Shown in pieces: positions 27,251 to 36,957 of a DNA stretch of 46,195 bases. The notes under the pieces were generated by a model. It searched no databases, was not told the origin of the DNA, and was given only the letters and a program-made list of their open reading frames with translations. Each line of letters opens with the position of its first letter. Position 1 is the first letter of the stretch. The stretch comes from an uncultured Collinsella sp. (GTDB taxonomy: Bacteria > Actinomycetota > Coriobacteriia > Coriobacteriales > Coriobacteriaceae): the NCBI GenBank assembly GCA_900550825.1, contig URTZ01000001.1, positions 1 to 46,195 on the forward strand, written 5' to 3'. The position numbers and the translations under genes were made by a program.

Positions 27251-28018
27251 CTGGAGGGTTGCGTCGATTGCCTTGACCAGGGCGCTGCGCATGCCGGCGT
27301 CCTCGAGCGCAACGACGCCCTTGATGGTGGCACCACCGGGCGAGCATACGGCATCCTTCATCGCCGCAGGATGCTGGCCAGTTGCAAGCTGCAGCTTTGC
27401 CGTACCCAGCACCATCTGGCTCACAATGCGATAAGCATCCGCACGCGGGATACCGTGCTTGACCGCCGCATCGCCCAGGGCCTCGATTGCCATGGCGACA
27501 AACGCCGGAGCGCAACCACCCACCGTGCCGCCCACAAACAGCAGGCTTGTGTCGAGCTCGACGACAGCGCCAAGCTTACCGAGCAGGTCGAGCACCACAG
27601 CACGCTGCTCGTCGTTAAGCGTCGAAGCCTTCTCGCAGGCGATGACGCCCTCGCCCACCGAAACCGGCGTGTTGGGCACCGTCGAGATATGCGCGACGCC
27701 CGGCAGGACCTGCTCCCACTTGGCACTGTCCCAGGTCCAGGCAACCGACAGAACGACCTTTTTGGCAAGAGCATCCTTGAGCGGGGCGAATACCTTCTCG
27801 ATCATGTACGGTTTGACCGCAGCGACCACGATATCGGATGCGGCGACAACCTCGGCGGCATCGTGGCAGGCGACCATGCCGCGCGCCTCGCAGCGCTCAA
27901 CCAGTGCGTCGTAGCGACCCGCGCAGGCGCACATGTCGCTCGCAGCTACACCGGCAGCGATCCAGCCATCGGCCATAGCGCTCGCCATATTGCCAAAACC
28001 GACAAATCCAATCTTCAT
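27248..28018 (-). CDS. proC: Pyrroline-5-carboxylate reductase
   Basis: MKIGFVGFGNM, AVKP, PNTP, KDAVCSPGGATI. Confidence 0.95.
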   Translation of the reverse strand: MKIGFVGFGNMASAMADGWIAAGVAASDMCACAGRYDALVERCEARGMVACHDAAEVVAASDIVVAAVKPYMIEKVFAPLKDALAKKVVLSVAWTWDSAKWEQVLPGVAHISTVPNTPVSVGEGVIACEKASTLNDEQRAVVLDLLGKLGAVVELDTSLLFVGGTVGGCAPAFVAMAIEALGDAAVKHGIPRADAYRIVSQMVLGTAKLQLATGQHPAAMKDAVCSPGGATIKGVVALEDAGMRSALVKAIDATLQ

Positions 28019-28091
28019 ATCGCATAGTCCTTTCAGACACATTCCTCAAAACGAAAGGTATTGTCCCACGCCATTGTTTCGTATTGCCGAC

Positions 28092-28562
28092 CTATTTGTG
28101 ATACGGCTCGCCACGACTGATCTTGCAGGCACGGTAAATCTGCTCCAGCAGCACCACACGCGCCAGGTTATGCGGCAAGGTAATGCGTCCAAAGCTGAGC
28201 ATCTCGTCGGCTCGTGCGCGCACGTCATCACTCACGCCGTCCGAACCGCCGATTACAAAGGCAATGTCGCTGCTGCCTCGCAGCATAAGATCGTCGAGCC
28301 TCGCCGAAAACTCCTCGCTCGAGCGCTCCTTGCCCTCGATAGCCAGCAGGATCACATGCGCTCGAGATGGCAATGCGGCAAGAATCGCCGCCCCCTCCTT
28401 GTCGCGCGCGGCATCCACGCCGCCCGCCTTAGCCGGGTCGATATCGGCCACCTCGCGGATATCCACCTTGGCATAGGCACCTAGGCGCTTGGTGTACTCA
28501 GCGCACGCGTCCTTCCAAAAGTGCTCCTTGAGCTTACCGACGCAAACGACGGTGTATTTCAC
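28092..28562 (-). CDS. rlmH: 23S rRNA (pseudouridine1915-N3)-methyltransferase
   Basis: VGKLKE, FVIGGSDG, LSFGRITLPHNLARVVLLEQIYRA, PYHK. Confidence 0.96.
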   Translation of the reverse strand: MKYTVVCVGKLKEHFWKDACAEYTKRLGAYAKVDIREVADIDPAKAGGVDAARDKEGAAILAALPSRAHVILLAIEGKERSSEEFSARLDDLMLRGSSDIAFVIGGSDGVSDDVRARADEMLSFGRITLPHNLARVVLLEQIYRACKISRGEPYHK

Positions 28563-28568
28563 GCGCGT

Positions 28569-29507
28569 CTACTCCTTCGAATCGTTTTGAACTTTGCCGG
28601 CGGCCAGCATCTGCTCGAACATAGAGGCCGACTGCGAGAAGTCACTCGGCAACACGACCGTCGAGTTTTTGCCCGTACGTGCGAACTCCGTCATCATCTC
28701 GGTCCACTGCGTAAACATGAACAGCTGGTTGGCCTCATCGTTGCCAACACCCGTCTCCTGGATAATCTCGAGCGAGTCCTTGATGCCCAGCGCGATCGCC
28801 TTGCGCTGGTTGGCGATGCCCTCGCCCGCCTTTTCCATAGCCTCAGCCTCGGCGGTCGCCTCGGTGACGCGCTTGATGCGGTCTGCCTCGGCGAGCTCCT
28901 GTGCCGCAGCGCGCTTGCGCTGGGCGGCGTTGATGTCGTTCATGGAGTTCTCAACCTCGGTCGGCAGTGCGATTTTGGTGATGAGCGTCGACACGAGGGT
29001 GAAGCCGTAGGCGGCCATCTGCTCGGAAACGGTAGCGTTGACATCCTTGGCGATGTCATCCTTCTTGGCAAAGACCTCATCGAGTGTGTAGACGGGGATG
29101 GAGGAGCGCAGGGCGTCGGTGATGAAGTCGCGCATCTGGTCGACGGGCTCCTGCAGCATATAGTAGCTCTTGTAGATGCCCGAATCTGCCGGGCCGGCGC
29201 CCATGTCATAGCTCACGTGGTACTGAGCGGAGACCTCAAGGCCAATGGTCACGTTGTCCTGGGTCTTAACGTCGATGCCAAAACCATTTTTCATGGTGCG
29301 CAGACTCACCGTGGCGGCCTTGCGGTCAATCACGGGCACCTTCACGTGGAAGCCCGCGTTGACGATACGATTGAACTTACCCAAGCGCTCGATGATCACA
29401 GCGTGCTGCTGCTCAACGACGTAGCAGGCGTTGGGGAGCAGCAACAACAGGATGATGATGGGAATCAAAAGGCTGGTAAGGGCGGCGATGATACCGGAAA
29501 ACAGCAT
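28569..29507 (-). CDS. SPFH/band-7 domain membrane protein
   Basis: N-terminal TM, IIERLGKF, KTQDNV, MNDINAAQR coiled coil. Confidence 0.92.
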   Translation of the reverse strand: MLFSGIIAALTSLLIPIIILLLLLPNACYVVEQQHAVIIERLGKFNRIVNAGFHVKVPVIDRKAATVSLRTMKNGFGIDVKTQDNVTIGLEVSAQYHVSYDMGAGPADSGIYKSYYMLQEPVDQMRDFITDALRSSIPVYTLDEVFAKKDDIAKDVNATVSEQMAAYGFTLVSTLITKIALPTEVENSMNDINAAQRKRAAAQELAEADRIKRVTEATAEAEAMEKAGEGIANQRKAIALGIKDSLEIIQETGVGNDEANQLFMFTQWTEMMTEFARTGKNSTVVLPSDFSQSASMFEQMLAAGKVQNDSKE

Positions 29508-29607
29508 GGTCTCTCCTCTGATAGGCACACGTTGGCATTAGGATACCCGTCCAAGGAGATCGTGCATAACAAAAAAAGCTCCCATTGCTGGGAGCTCTTT
29601 CAATCAA

Positions 29608-29694
29608 TGGTGCGGGCGAAAGGACTTGAACCTTCATGGGGTTGCCCCCATACGGACCTGAACCGTACGCGTCTGCCAATTCCGCCACGCCCGC
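29608..29694 (-). tRNA. tRNA-Leu(CAG)
   Basis: TACGG-TTCAGGT-CCGTA, long variable arm, GGTTCAAGTCC, CCA; terminator at about 29571-29600. Confidence 0.97.
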
Positions 29695-29737
29695 GTGCAG
29701 GAATTAGAATAACGGAGCGCCACCGCGAACGCAAGAA

Positions 29738-30655
29738 CTATTTTTGAAAAAGTTTGCAGGCATTTTCCCAAGCGGCATGCGCGATTGTTTCGGCGTCCTC
29801 ACCAGTGCGATCGACACGGTCGTTAACCAGCGCGTTTGCCGTAATGGAGATCATTGCGGGCTCGCATTCAAGACCGCGGATGGGCTCCGGAGCCATATAC
29901 GGGCAATCCGTCTCGAACAAAATTCGATCGAGTGGGGTTGCCGCAAATGCCTCGCGCACGTCGTCGTTGCGCTTAAAGGTGGCCGCACCACCATAGGCGA
30001 TATAGCAGCCCAGCTCCACAAAGCGCTCCATCGTGGCGCGGTCCTCGCCAAAACAGTGCAGCACACAACCGGCCTGGGGCACGCCCACCTCACGAAGCAC
30101 GTTGTAGGCGTCCACGTGCGAGGTACGCTCCTGGTCCATGTCCTCGTGACGCAGATGCAGCTCCACCGGCACGTTACGACACACGGCAAGCTCGAGCTGG
30201 CGCGCCATGCAATCAATCTGCACGCTGTGGGGCGCCGGCGTGATGTCGTCGTCGTAATCCATGTGGTAGTCCAGACCGATTTCGCCAATACCGGCACACA
30301 AAGGGTCATCAAGCGCAGCAACAACCTGCGCGTGAATGTCGTCGGTATAGTCCGGCGCGCCATACGGATGCACGCCGGCAAGATACTTGATCTGCGGGAT
30401 ATCCTGCATCGGCAGAATTTCGCGCACGAGCCAGTCGCTATAGTCCGTCACGCTGCGTTTGTCAGCGATGGGGTCGAACATCGTCACCAACAGGTCGACG
30501 CCCGCGGCTTTGGCGCGCACGAGCGTCTCGGGCACTTCTTTGCCCCAAAACGAAAGCAGATGCGCATGTGTGTCGGCAAGCGGTGCCAAGGGCACGGGAC
30601 AAGCAACCGTCTTCTTTTTCTTGGTAAACGTCACGCGTTCGACATTAAGCGTCAT
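29738..30655 (-). CDS. tatD: TatD family hydrolase/DNase
   Basis: DTHAH, GVHP, GEIGLDY, LHCF, ETDCPY; start overlaps the rsmA end. Confidence 0.92.
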   Translation of the reverse strand: MTLNVERVTFTKKKKTVACPVPLAPLADTHAHLLSFWGKEVPETLVRAKAAGVDLLVTMFDPIADKRSVTDYSDWLVREILPMQDIPQIKYLAGVHPYGAPDYTDDIHAQVVAALDDPLCAGIGEIGLDYHMDYDDDITPAPHSVQIDCMARQLELAVCRNVPVELHLRHEDMDQERTSHVDAYNVLREVGVPQAGCVLHCFGEDRATMERFVELGCYIAYGGAATFKRNDDVREAFAATPLDRILFETDCPYMAPEPIRGLECEPAMISITANALVNDRVDRTGEDAETIAHAAWENACKLFQK

Positions 30656-31505
30656 GGGAAAGCTCCCGAGCCAGGCGCACAAAGTCGGCGACGCCGAGCG
30701 TCTCGGCGCGCGTGGTGGGTGCGATACCGCAAGCCTCAAAGGCGGCATCGAGCACGTCCTTGGCAAAGCCGTTGGCGCTCATGGAATTGCGGATGGTCTT
30801 GCGACGCTGAGCAAATGCAGCATCAATCACGCGGGCCACAAATTCGCGATCGAGTCCTTCGGGCACCACACCGTCAACACGATCGATACGCACGACAGCC
30901 GAGTCCACGTGCGGCGCCGGCATAAAGCAACGCGGCGGCACCTCAAAGCGACCCGTCACCTGCGCATACAGGCCGAGCTTTGCCGTATAGCCGCCATAGG
31001 TCTTGTTGCCCGGCACTGCGGCAATGCGATCGGCAACCTCCTTTTGCACCATGACGACGGCGCGCTTGAGCGCCGGCATCGTCTGGAAAAATTGCAAAAT
31101 GATCGTCGCCGCCACGTTATAGGGCAAGTTCGCGACAAATACCGTCGGCTCACCGCCCGCAGCCTGTTCAATCTGCTCCGGGCCCACCTTAAGCGCGTCG
31201 CCCATGATAAAGCGGAAGTTGGCATAGTCGGCGGCGTGGGCGTCGAGCACCGGTTCGAGCTCAGGATCGGCCTCAATGGACGTAACGCACGCCGCTTCCT
31301 GCAGCAACGCAAGTGTCAACGTACCGCAACCCGGACCCACCTCGAGCACGTGCTCGTCACCTGCAAGCTCGACAAGCTCGCAGATACGCTCGATCACATG
31401 ATTGTCGATTAGAAAGTTCTGGCCCAGGCGATGCTTGGTCGCAAGGCCAAACTCCTCCAGCAGCTCCCTAGTGGCCGTGGGGTTTGCCAAAGGCGAAGTT
31501 GTCAT
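30645..31505 (-). CDS. rsmA: 16S rRNA m6,2A dimethyltransferase KsgA
   Basis: LGQNFL, LEVGPG, VANLPY, MVQKEVA, FAQRRKT. Confidence 0.97.
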   Translation of the reverse strand: MTTSPLANPTATRELLEEFGLATKHRLGQNFLIDNHVIERICELVELAGDEHVLEVGPGCGTLTLALLQEAACVTSIEADPELEPVLDAHAADYANFRFIMGDALKVGPEQIEQAAGGEPTVFVANLPYNVAATIILQFFQTMPALKRAVVMVQKEVADRIAAVPGNKTYGGYTAKLGLYAQVTGRFEVPPRCFMPAPHVDSAVVRIDRVDGVVPEGLDREFVARVIDAAFAQRRKTIRNSMSANGFAKDVLDAAFEACGIAPTTRAETLGVADFVRLARELSHDA

Positions 31506-31542
31506 AGTTGCCTCCTTAGCATGATGGCGGCGTCTTGAAACG

Positions 31543-31572
31543 AAAGGGCATGGACCGTTGCGGCCATGCCCT
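31543..31572 (-). terminator. Hairpin downstream of metG
   Basis: AAGGGCATGG ... CCATGCCCTT stem. Confidence 0.55.
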
Positions 31573-31615
31573 TACATCTAAACAGCAAATTGCCGATATG
31601 GCGCTCGCGCGGTCT

Positions 31616-33217
31616 CTACGCCAGACGCGGGAACAGCGGATCGCCCTTCTCGACGGGCTGACCACCAGCAAGCAGGCCCCAAGCGCAAATGCCCTTGAGG
31701 TCGTCGGTCGCGGCCTCGCTCTCGCAGGACAGGCGGCGCAGAGCCTCGGCAGAGGTCTGAGGCATGAGCGGCATCAGCAGGTGAGCGGCAATGCGGATGG
31801 CCTCGAGCAGGTTGTAGATCACAAATGCCAGCTCGTCAGCCTTGGCCTCGTCCTTGGCAAGCACCCAGGGCTCGGAGTCCTCGATGTAGTGGTTGGCGGC
31901 ATGGATGAGCTCCATAACCTCATCCTTGGCTCCACCGTAATCGAGCACGTCCATCTTGGCCATGTAGCGCTCGACCAAACCGTCGGCAATCTTTGCCAGC
32001 GGGTTATCGAACGCGTCGGCAGACGCCGGTTTAGCCGGGGCGCAGCCGTCAAAGTACTTTGCGCTCATGTTGAGCGAGCGCGAGATGAGGTTGCCCCAGC
32101 TGTTGGCCAGATCGGCGTTGTAGACCTGCTCCATGCGATCGAAGCTGATGGCACCGTCGGTGCCGGGGACGACGTCGGTCATGAAGTAGTAGCGATAGCC
32201 CTCAACGCCCAACATGTCGATAACGTCCTGCGGAGCGATAGCGTTGCCACGGCTCTTGGACATCTTCTCGGCCTTGCCAGTCTCGGCATTGCGCACGGTC
32301 AGGAAGCCGTGGGCAAAGACGTGCTCGGGCAGAGCCTCGCCGATGGCCATGAGCATGGCGGGCCAAATGACGCAGTGGAAGCGGATGATGTCCTTACCCA
32401 CGATGTGGAACTGCGCGGGCCAGCGATAGGCCAGCTCGGCACGCGCCTCGTCGGTGTCGACACCGTAGCCGACGGCCGTCATATAGTTGAGCAGCGCATC
32501 GAACCACACGTAGGTCACGTGACCCTCGTCAAACGGGACCTGAATGCCCCAGTCAAAGCTCGTGCGGCTCACGGAAAGGTCGTTAAGGCCGCCCTCGACA
32601 AAGCTGCGCACCTCGTTCATGCGGAACGCGGGCTCGACAAAGTCGGGGTGCTCGTCATAAAGCTTGAGCAGCTTGTCCTGGAAGGCGGAAAGCTTAAAGA
32701 AGTAGGACTCCTCCTGCACGCGCTCAAGCGGACGGTGGCAGTCGGGGCACAGGTGCTGGCCGACGCTGCCGTACTCCTCGTCGCCCTTCTGGACCTGCGT
32801 ATCGGTAAAGTAGGTCTCGTCAGGCACGCAATACCAGCCGTCGTAGCTGCCCTTATACAGGTAGCCGGACTCCTTCATGCGCTCCCACAGGTACTGCACG
32901 GCATGATGCTGGCGCGGCTCGGTGGTGCGGATGAAGTCGTCGTTGGAAATCTCGAGCTTGCTCCAAAGCTCTTTGAAGTGCGGAGCCTGGCTGTCGGTCC
33001 ACTCCTGCGGCGTCATGCCATGCTTGGCTGCGGCCTCGGCGACCTTCTCGCCGTGCTCGTCCATGCCGGTCAGGAACTTGACGTTATAGCCGGCGGAGCG
33101 ACGATAGCGAGCCTGAACATCGGCGATGATGGTGGAATAAGCCGTGCCCAGGTGCGGATCGGCGTTGACGTAGTAGATGGGCGTCGTGATAAAGAACGAA
33201 GGCTTGCTTTGATCCAT
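31616..33217 (-). CDS. metG: Methionine--tRNA ligase (short form without C-terminal tRNA-binding domain)
   Basis: ITTPIYYVN, HLGTAY, TGMDEHG, YVWFDAL, GKDI, KMSKS. Confidence 0.97.
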   Translation of the reverse strand: MDQSKPSFFITTPIYYVNADPHLGTAYSTIIADVQARYRRSAGYNVKFLTGMDEHGEKVAEAAAKHGMTPQEWTDSQAPHFKELWSKLEISNDDFIRTTEPRQHHAVQYLWERMKESGYLYKGSYDGWYCVPDETYFTDTQVQKGDEEYGSVGQHLCPDCHRPLERVQEESYFFKLSAFQDKLLKLYDEHPDFVEPAFRMNEVRSFVEGGLNDLSVSRTSFDWGIQVPFDEGHVTYVWFDALLNYMTAVGYGVDTDEARAELAYRWPAQFHIVGKDIIRFHCVIWPAMLMAIGEALPEHVFAHGFLTVRNAETGKAEKMSKSRGNAIAPQDVIDMLGVEGYRYYFMTDVVPGTDGAISFDRMEQVYNADLANSWGNLISRSLNMSAKYFDGCAPAKPASADAFDNPLAKIADGLVERYMAKMDVLDYGGAKDEVMELIHAANHYIEDSEPWVLAKDEAKADELAFVIYNLLEAIRIAAHLLMPLMPQTSAEALRRLSCESEAATDDLKGICAWGLLAGGQPVEKGDPLFPRLA

Positions 33218-33286
33218 GGGGTTTGTCCTCCAGAAAAACGTTGCATACAGGGGATGATTCTAGCGCAAGGGCTGGATATCCTCCAT

Positions 33287-34165
33287 CTATTGCATATCGA
33301 GCACCATGGCATAGACATCGCGCTTGCGGCGCGAATACTTCTGAGACAGGCGCTTGGCCACCGCAGACGCGAGCTCCCCCTCCTCGAGCGCGGCGCGGAT
33401 ATCCTCGCGCAGGGCCTCGTCGGGATCCGCTGCCGCGGCGCCAACCGGCACGATACCGGCCTCCTCGTCCTCGCTCGGCGGCGCGATGACCAGCGCAATC
33501 TCGCCCTTCACCTCGCCGCGAGCACGCAGCTCCTCGGCGAGCTGGGCGGCGGGCCCGCGCAAGACCTCCTCGTGCAGCTTGGTAAGTTCGCGGCAGACGG
33601 CAACCTCACGCTGGGGAAAAACCTCTGCCACAGCCTCGAGCGTCGCCACGATGCGATGTGGAGACTCGTAGAAGATGAGTGCGCCGGGAACCACGGCAAG
33701 GCGCTGCAAACGGCGCACGCGGTCGCCGCGCTTTCGACCCAAAAAGCCCTCGAAGAAAAAATGTTCGCAGGGAATGCCGGACGAAACGAGCGCCGTGACG
33801 CAAGCAGAGGGCCCGGGAACAACTTCGACGGGCACATCGGCCTCACGCGCCGCCTCGACCAGCGCCTGGCCGGGATCGGACACGCTCGGCATGCCGGCGT
33901 CCGAGGCAAAGGCGAGGGTCTCCCCCGCCAGCAGACGGTCGACCAGGCCGGTGGCGCGGCTGGCGATCACATTCTCGTCGCAACGGACAAGCGGCTTGGA
34001 AATGCCCAGGTGCATCAGCAGCTTTGACGTCACGCGCGTGTCTTCGCAGCAGATGACATCGGCAGCGGCAAAGGCCTCGCCAACGCGCGGGGACAGGTCG
34101 CCCAGGTTGCCGATGGGCGTGCCGACCACATAGAGTTTGCCCGTATGGGCGCTGTTTTGCGTCAT
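33287..34165 (-). CDS. rsmI: 16S rRNA C1402 2'-O-methyltransferase
   Basis: LYVVGTPIGNLGD, CEDTR, SDAGMP..SDPG, YESPHR, RELTKLHEE. Confidence 0.97.
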   Translation of the reverse strand: MTQNSAHTGKLYVVGTPIGNLGDLSPRVGEAFAAADVICCEDTRVTSKLLMHLGISKPLVRCDENVIASRATGLVDRLLAGETLAFASDAGMPSVSDPGQALVEAAREADVPVEVVPGPSACVTALVSSGIPCEHFFFEGFLGRKRGDRVRRLQRLAVVPGALIFYESPHRIVATLEAVAEVFPQREVAVCRELTKLHEEVLRGPAAQLAEELRARGEVKGEIALVIAPPSEDEEAGIVPVGAAAADPDEALREDIRAALEEGELASAVAKRLSQKYSRRKRDVYAMVLDMQ

Positions 34166-34171
34166 ATCAAC

Positions 34172-35233
34172 CTATTCAATCATGCCGCGCTCGAGCGTAC
34201 CGAGCGCCGCGCGGGCGTCCCATGCTGCAATGCGCTTCTCGGTCTTCCACGTTTGGAAGAACCAACCGGCAGCCGGCGCAAACGAAGCCAGCTGGTTGGC
34301 GATAAACACGCGCTCGTAGGCATTGCGGCCCTCGGGCGTAACCGACGAGTTGGCAAAGATCGCCGCGCCCGACCATTCGCCCACCAGCACGGGGAACCCA
34401 GTCGAAATCGCCTCTTTAAGCTCGCGCTTGTTACGCGAAATCGCCGTCGTCAGCCCGCGGGGGCTCGTGATGTCGAGCGCATGCTCGTCGCGGTAATGGT
34501 ACAGGTGAAGGTCCATGTAGACGTTCTTGTACTTGGCGCCGCGCATAAAATGCTTCCACTCGCTGGGATGCCCCGAAGACGAAAAGACGACGATCTTATC
34601 CTCGGGCATATACGAACGGACGAGCTCGTAGGCATCGCGATAGAAATTGCGCAGGTAGTGAGCCGGAATGCCATCCGTCATGGTGAAGAGGCTCTTGCGG
34701 ACACTCATCTGCGGCGTATCCAGCAGCTCAATGCCCAGCAGGCTCTCGGCCTCGCCGTAACGCTCGGCCAAGCGCTCGAGCACGTCGAGTGCGACATGGC
34801 GGCCGTTAGTGGACGAATGCCACTCGGCAACAGCCTCCGGCGTGGCGGGCGAATCGTTGGAATCGCCCTGGCCACCGGGCACAGTCGCCAGGTCAAGCAG
34901 CACGCGAATGTTGTACTTGGCAGCCCACTCAATTGCACGGTCAATGTAGTCGACAACCGAGATGTAGGACGCATCGGACCCCTGTGAGCCAAAGGCATAC
35001 CAGGGCACCGGCAGACGCACGGCATTGAGGCCAATCTGCGCCATGCGGCGAAAATCATCCTCGCTCACAAACGTCTCGTAATGGCGGCGCATGCGCTCGT
35101 TGTAAGCGGCGGTACCCATGGCCTCCTGCAGCTCGGCCGCGTTGGATGCACCGGTCGCCGCGTATAGCGACGGGGTAACCCAAGGCTCGGGAATAAACCA
35201 GCCAGAGAGATTAACGCCGAGTATCCTCTCCAT
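34172..35233 (-). CDS. Glycoside hydrolase family 5 fold protein (exo-1,3-beta-glucanase-like) with atypical catalytic motif
   Basis: GVNLSGWFIPEPWVTPSL, GLNAVRLPV, VGEWS, GWFFQTWK; the usual NEP is replaced by DTP. Confidence 0.85.
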   Translation of the reverse strand: MERILGVNLSGWFIPEPWVTPSLYAATGASNAAELQEAMGTAAYNERMRRHYETFVSEDDFRRMAQIGLNAVRLPVPWYAFGSQGSDASYISVVDYIDRAIEWAAKYNIRVLLDLATVPGGQGDSNDSPATPEAVAEWHSSTNGRHVALDVLERLAERYGEAESLLGIELLDTPQMSVRKSLFTMTDGIPAHYLRNFYRDAYELVRSYMPEDKIVVFSSSGHPSEWKHFMRGAKYKNVYMDLHLYHYRDEHALDITSPRGLTTAISRNKRELKEAISTGFPVLVGEWSGAAIFANSSVTPEGRNAYERVFIANQLASFAPAAGWFFQTWKTEKRIAAWDARAALGTLERGMIE

Positions 35234-35530
35234 CACTGCCCCCTTCGGATCATGCAGGTCGAACCCGCATCGTATTGCATAGGATAAGTATCGTTTTGAG
35301 TATACCCGCGTGTGCGGACAGACGACCGAACGGTCTGTAAAGTGATGCGAAAGTGGGAGGAATGTCTGGGAGCAGACGGGATCGGAATGGTGCGACGAGG
35401 TGTGTACGCGCGCCGGAGGCAGGCACCGGAAAGTGTGTCCCGTTCTATCGCTCAATAATGGGGCGCATTTTCCGCAGAACCCTACATAAAAGAAAAGGAC
35501 CCCTTTGCAGAGGTCCTAGTCAATTCAAGG

Positions 35531-35603
<73 letters not shown>

Positions 35604-35726
35604 ATTTGAGGTGTGCCTTGTTTCAAGGCTTGATTAGTATAACCAAGGACGCGTTCCGGTCAACCGAGAATTTTAAAAAAGTTTTTGAGCACAGCCTCGG
35701 TTCTATAAATCGGCACGTCAGAGACA

Positions 35727-36011
35727 TCAGCCGGCAGCAAGAAGTTTTTCGCTCAGAGCCGCACGGGCAAACTCACTTGGCGTCATCCCCTCGGCAGCCG
35801 CCCGTCGACGAATGGCCTCCTTCATTCCCAGAGGAATCTTGACCGACAGCGTTGCCGTCCCCTCACCTGAGAGTGGGGGCCGTCCATGCACGATCCCACC
35901 AACGGTGTGTTCGCCATCCGGAAACTCTCCGCGCTCGTACGACTCGCACCACGCGTCAATCATTTCATCCGTTACAACCTGACCATTGGCAGCCGTATAC
36001 GCCTTGCTCAT
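35727..36011 (-). CDS. Ribbon-helix-helix (CopG-like) putative antitoxin
   Basis: GRPPL followed by TLSVKIP..MKEAIRRRAAAEGMTPSEFARAAL RHH pattern; acidic N-terminus. Confidence 0.8.
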   Translation of the reverse strand: MSKAYTAANGQVVTDEMIDAWCESYERGEFPDGEHTVGGIVHGRPPLSGEGTATLSVKIPLGMKEAIRRRAAAEGMTPSEFARAALSEKLLAAG

Positions 36012-36066
36012 CATCGACCCCTTCCGTCAGGTGTTTTTTGGCGTTGGGATGGATCTCAACATCCAT
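36012..36066 (-). pseudogene. Remnant of the upstream partner (putative toxin) gene
   Basis: GGAGGAG RBS and ATG give MDVEIHPNAKKHLTE, which runs straight into the antitoxin RBS/start. Confidence 0.55.
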
Positions 36067-36124
36067 GCATCTTCTCCTCCATCTTACCCAATTTCGTATG
36101 ACGAAAGTCCGCTGTCGCCAATTC

Positions 36125-36484
36125 TTAAGCCGGCACGCGTTGGAGAGCAGGGGTCGAAACAATGATTGAAGAGCGTTCTAGTGCGGCCCAGGCGCCGGGG
36201 CAGGAGCACATACGCCAGGGACATACGTTTTCGTAGCGCGCGAGGATATTGCCGTCGCGATCGATGAAGGCGATGTCGATGGGATAGGCCATAAAACACG
36301 TGTGGACCGAAGAGCAGCGTGGAAACGCCATGACGAGCGGCAGACCGTTGGCGGCAACCGGACACCGTCCCAGCATGCCGCGCAGGCGCACGGCAAACGA
36401 CTCCGCCACCGCAAACTCGGCCGGCGTCCAGCCCAGCCTATTGAGTGCCCGCGCGTAGGCGATGTAGGACGAGACCGCGGTCAC
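36125..36484 (-). CDS. DUF192 domain protein
   Basis: AESFAVRLRGMLGR, SVHTCFMAYPIDIAFID, PWR; GTG start overlaps the upstream stop. Confidence 0.82.
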   Translation of the reverse strand: MTAVSSYIAYARALNRLGWTPAEFAVAESFAVRLRGMLGRCPVAANGLPLVMAFPRCSSVHTCFMAYPIDIAFIDRDGNILARYENVCPWRMCSCPGAWAALERSSIIVSTPALQRVPA

Positions 36485-36957
36485 TTGACCACCCCCGGAC
36501 GCCACGGATCGACCGTCACCGCGCGCTCGTGTGACAACGTTGCCGGTGCCCCCAGCGAAACGCCGGCGATGCTGAGCGAGCTCGGCCACGGCTCATAGCG
36601 CATGGTGCAGGTATAGGTCCTAAACGTGCCGGAAAGCGAAAGCAAACCGCCATCCGATGTCGTCGCACCCTGTTCGCTCGAGACCTCGATCAGCAAGTCA
36701 TAGCCTTCCATGGCATGTTGGATCTGAGCCTGAACGGTCGCGGAAGCATCGATGGAGCTGCCATCGCCCTCCCCGCTCGGCGCCACGGCATGTGCTAGCA
36801 CGATATCGGGCACCACGCGATCGAAGCGTGCGACCGCACCGGCAAAGACCATGACGTTGTACACGATAAGCGCCAGAACCAGCAGGACGGGCGTGACCAC
36901 GGCCATCTCGACCGTCGCCTGGGCGCGCTCCTCGCACAGGCGCGTGCGGATGCCCAT
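36481..36957 (-). CDS. TadE-like minor pilin
   Basis: EERAQATVEMAVVTPVLLVLAL prepilin-type N-terminus. Confidence 0.8.
   Translation of the reverse strand: MGIRTRLCEERAQATVEMAVVTPVLLVLALIVYNVMVFAGAVARFDRVVPDIVLAHAVAPSGEGDGSSIDASATVQAQIQHAMEGYDLLIEVSSEQGATTSDGGLLSLSGTFRTYTCTMRYEPWPSSLSIAGVSLGAPATLSHERAVTVDPWRPGVVK

Noticed and set aside
33137..33154. MetRS HIGH motif reading HLGT
   Set aside because: All other MetRS motifs are intact; treated as a tolerated variant, not inactivation.
737..34027. Long plus-strand ORFs (e.g. 737-1903, 3477-5282, 9072-10748, 13737-15926, 25500-26810, 31535-34027)
   Set aside because: Antisense shadows of well-supported minus-strand genes, expected from high-GC codon bias; no recognisable motifs.
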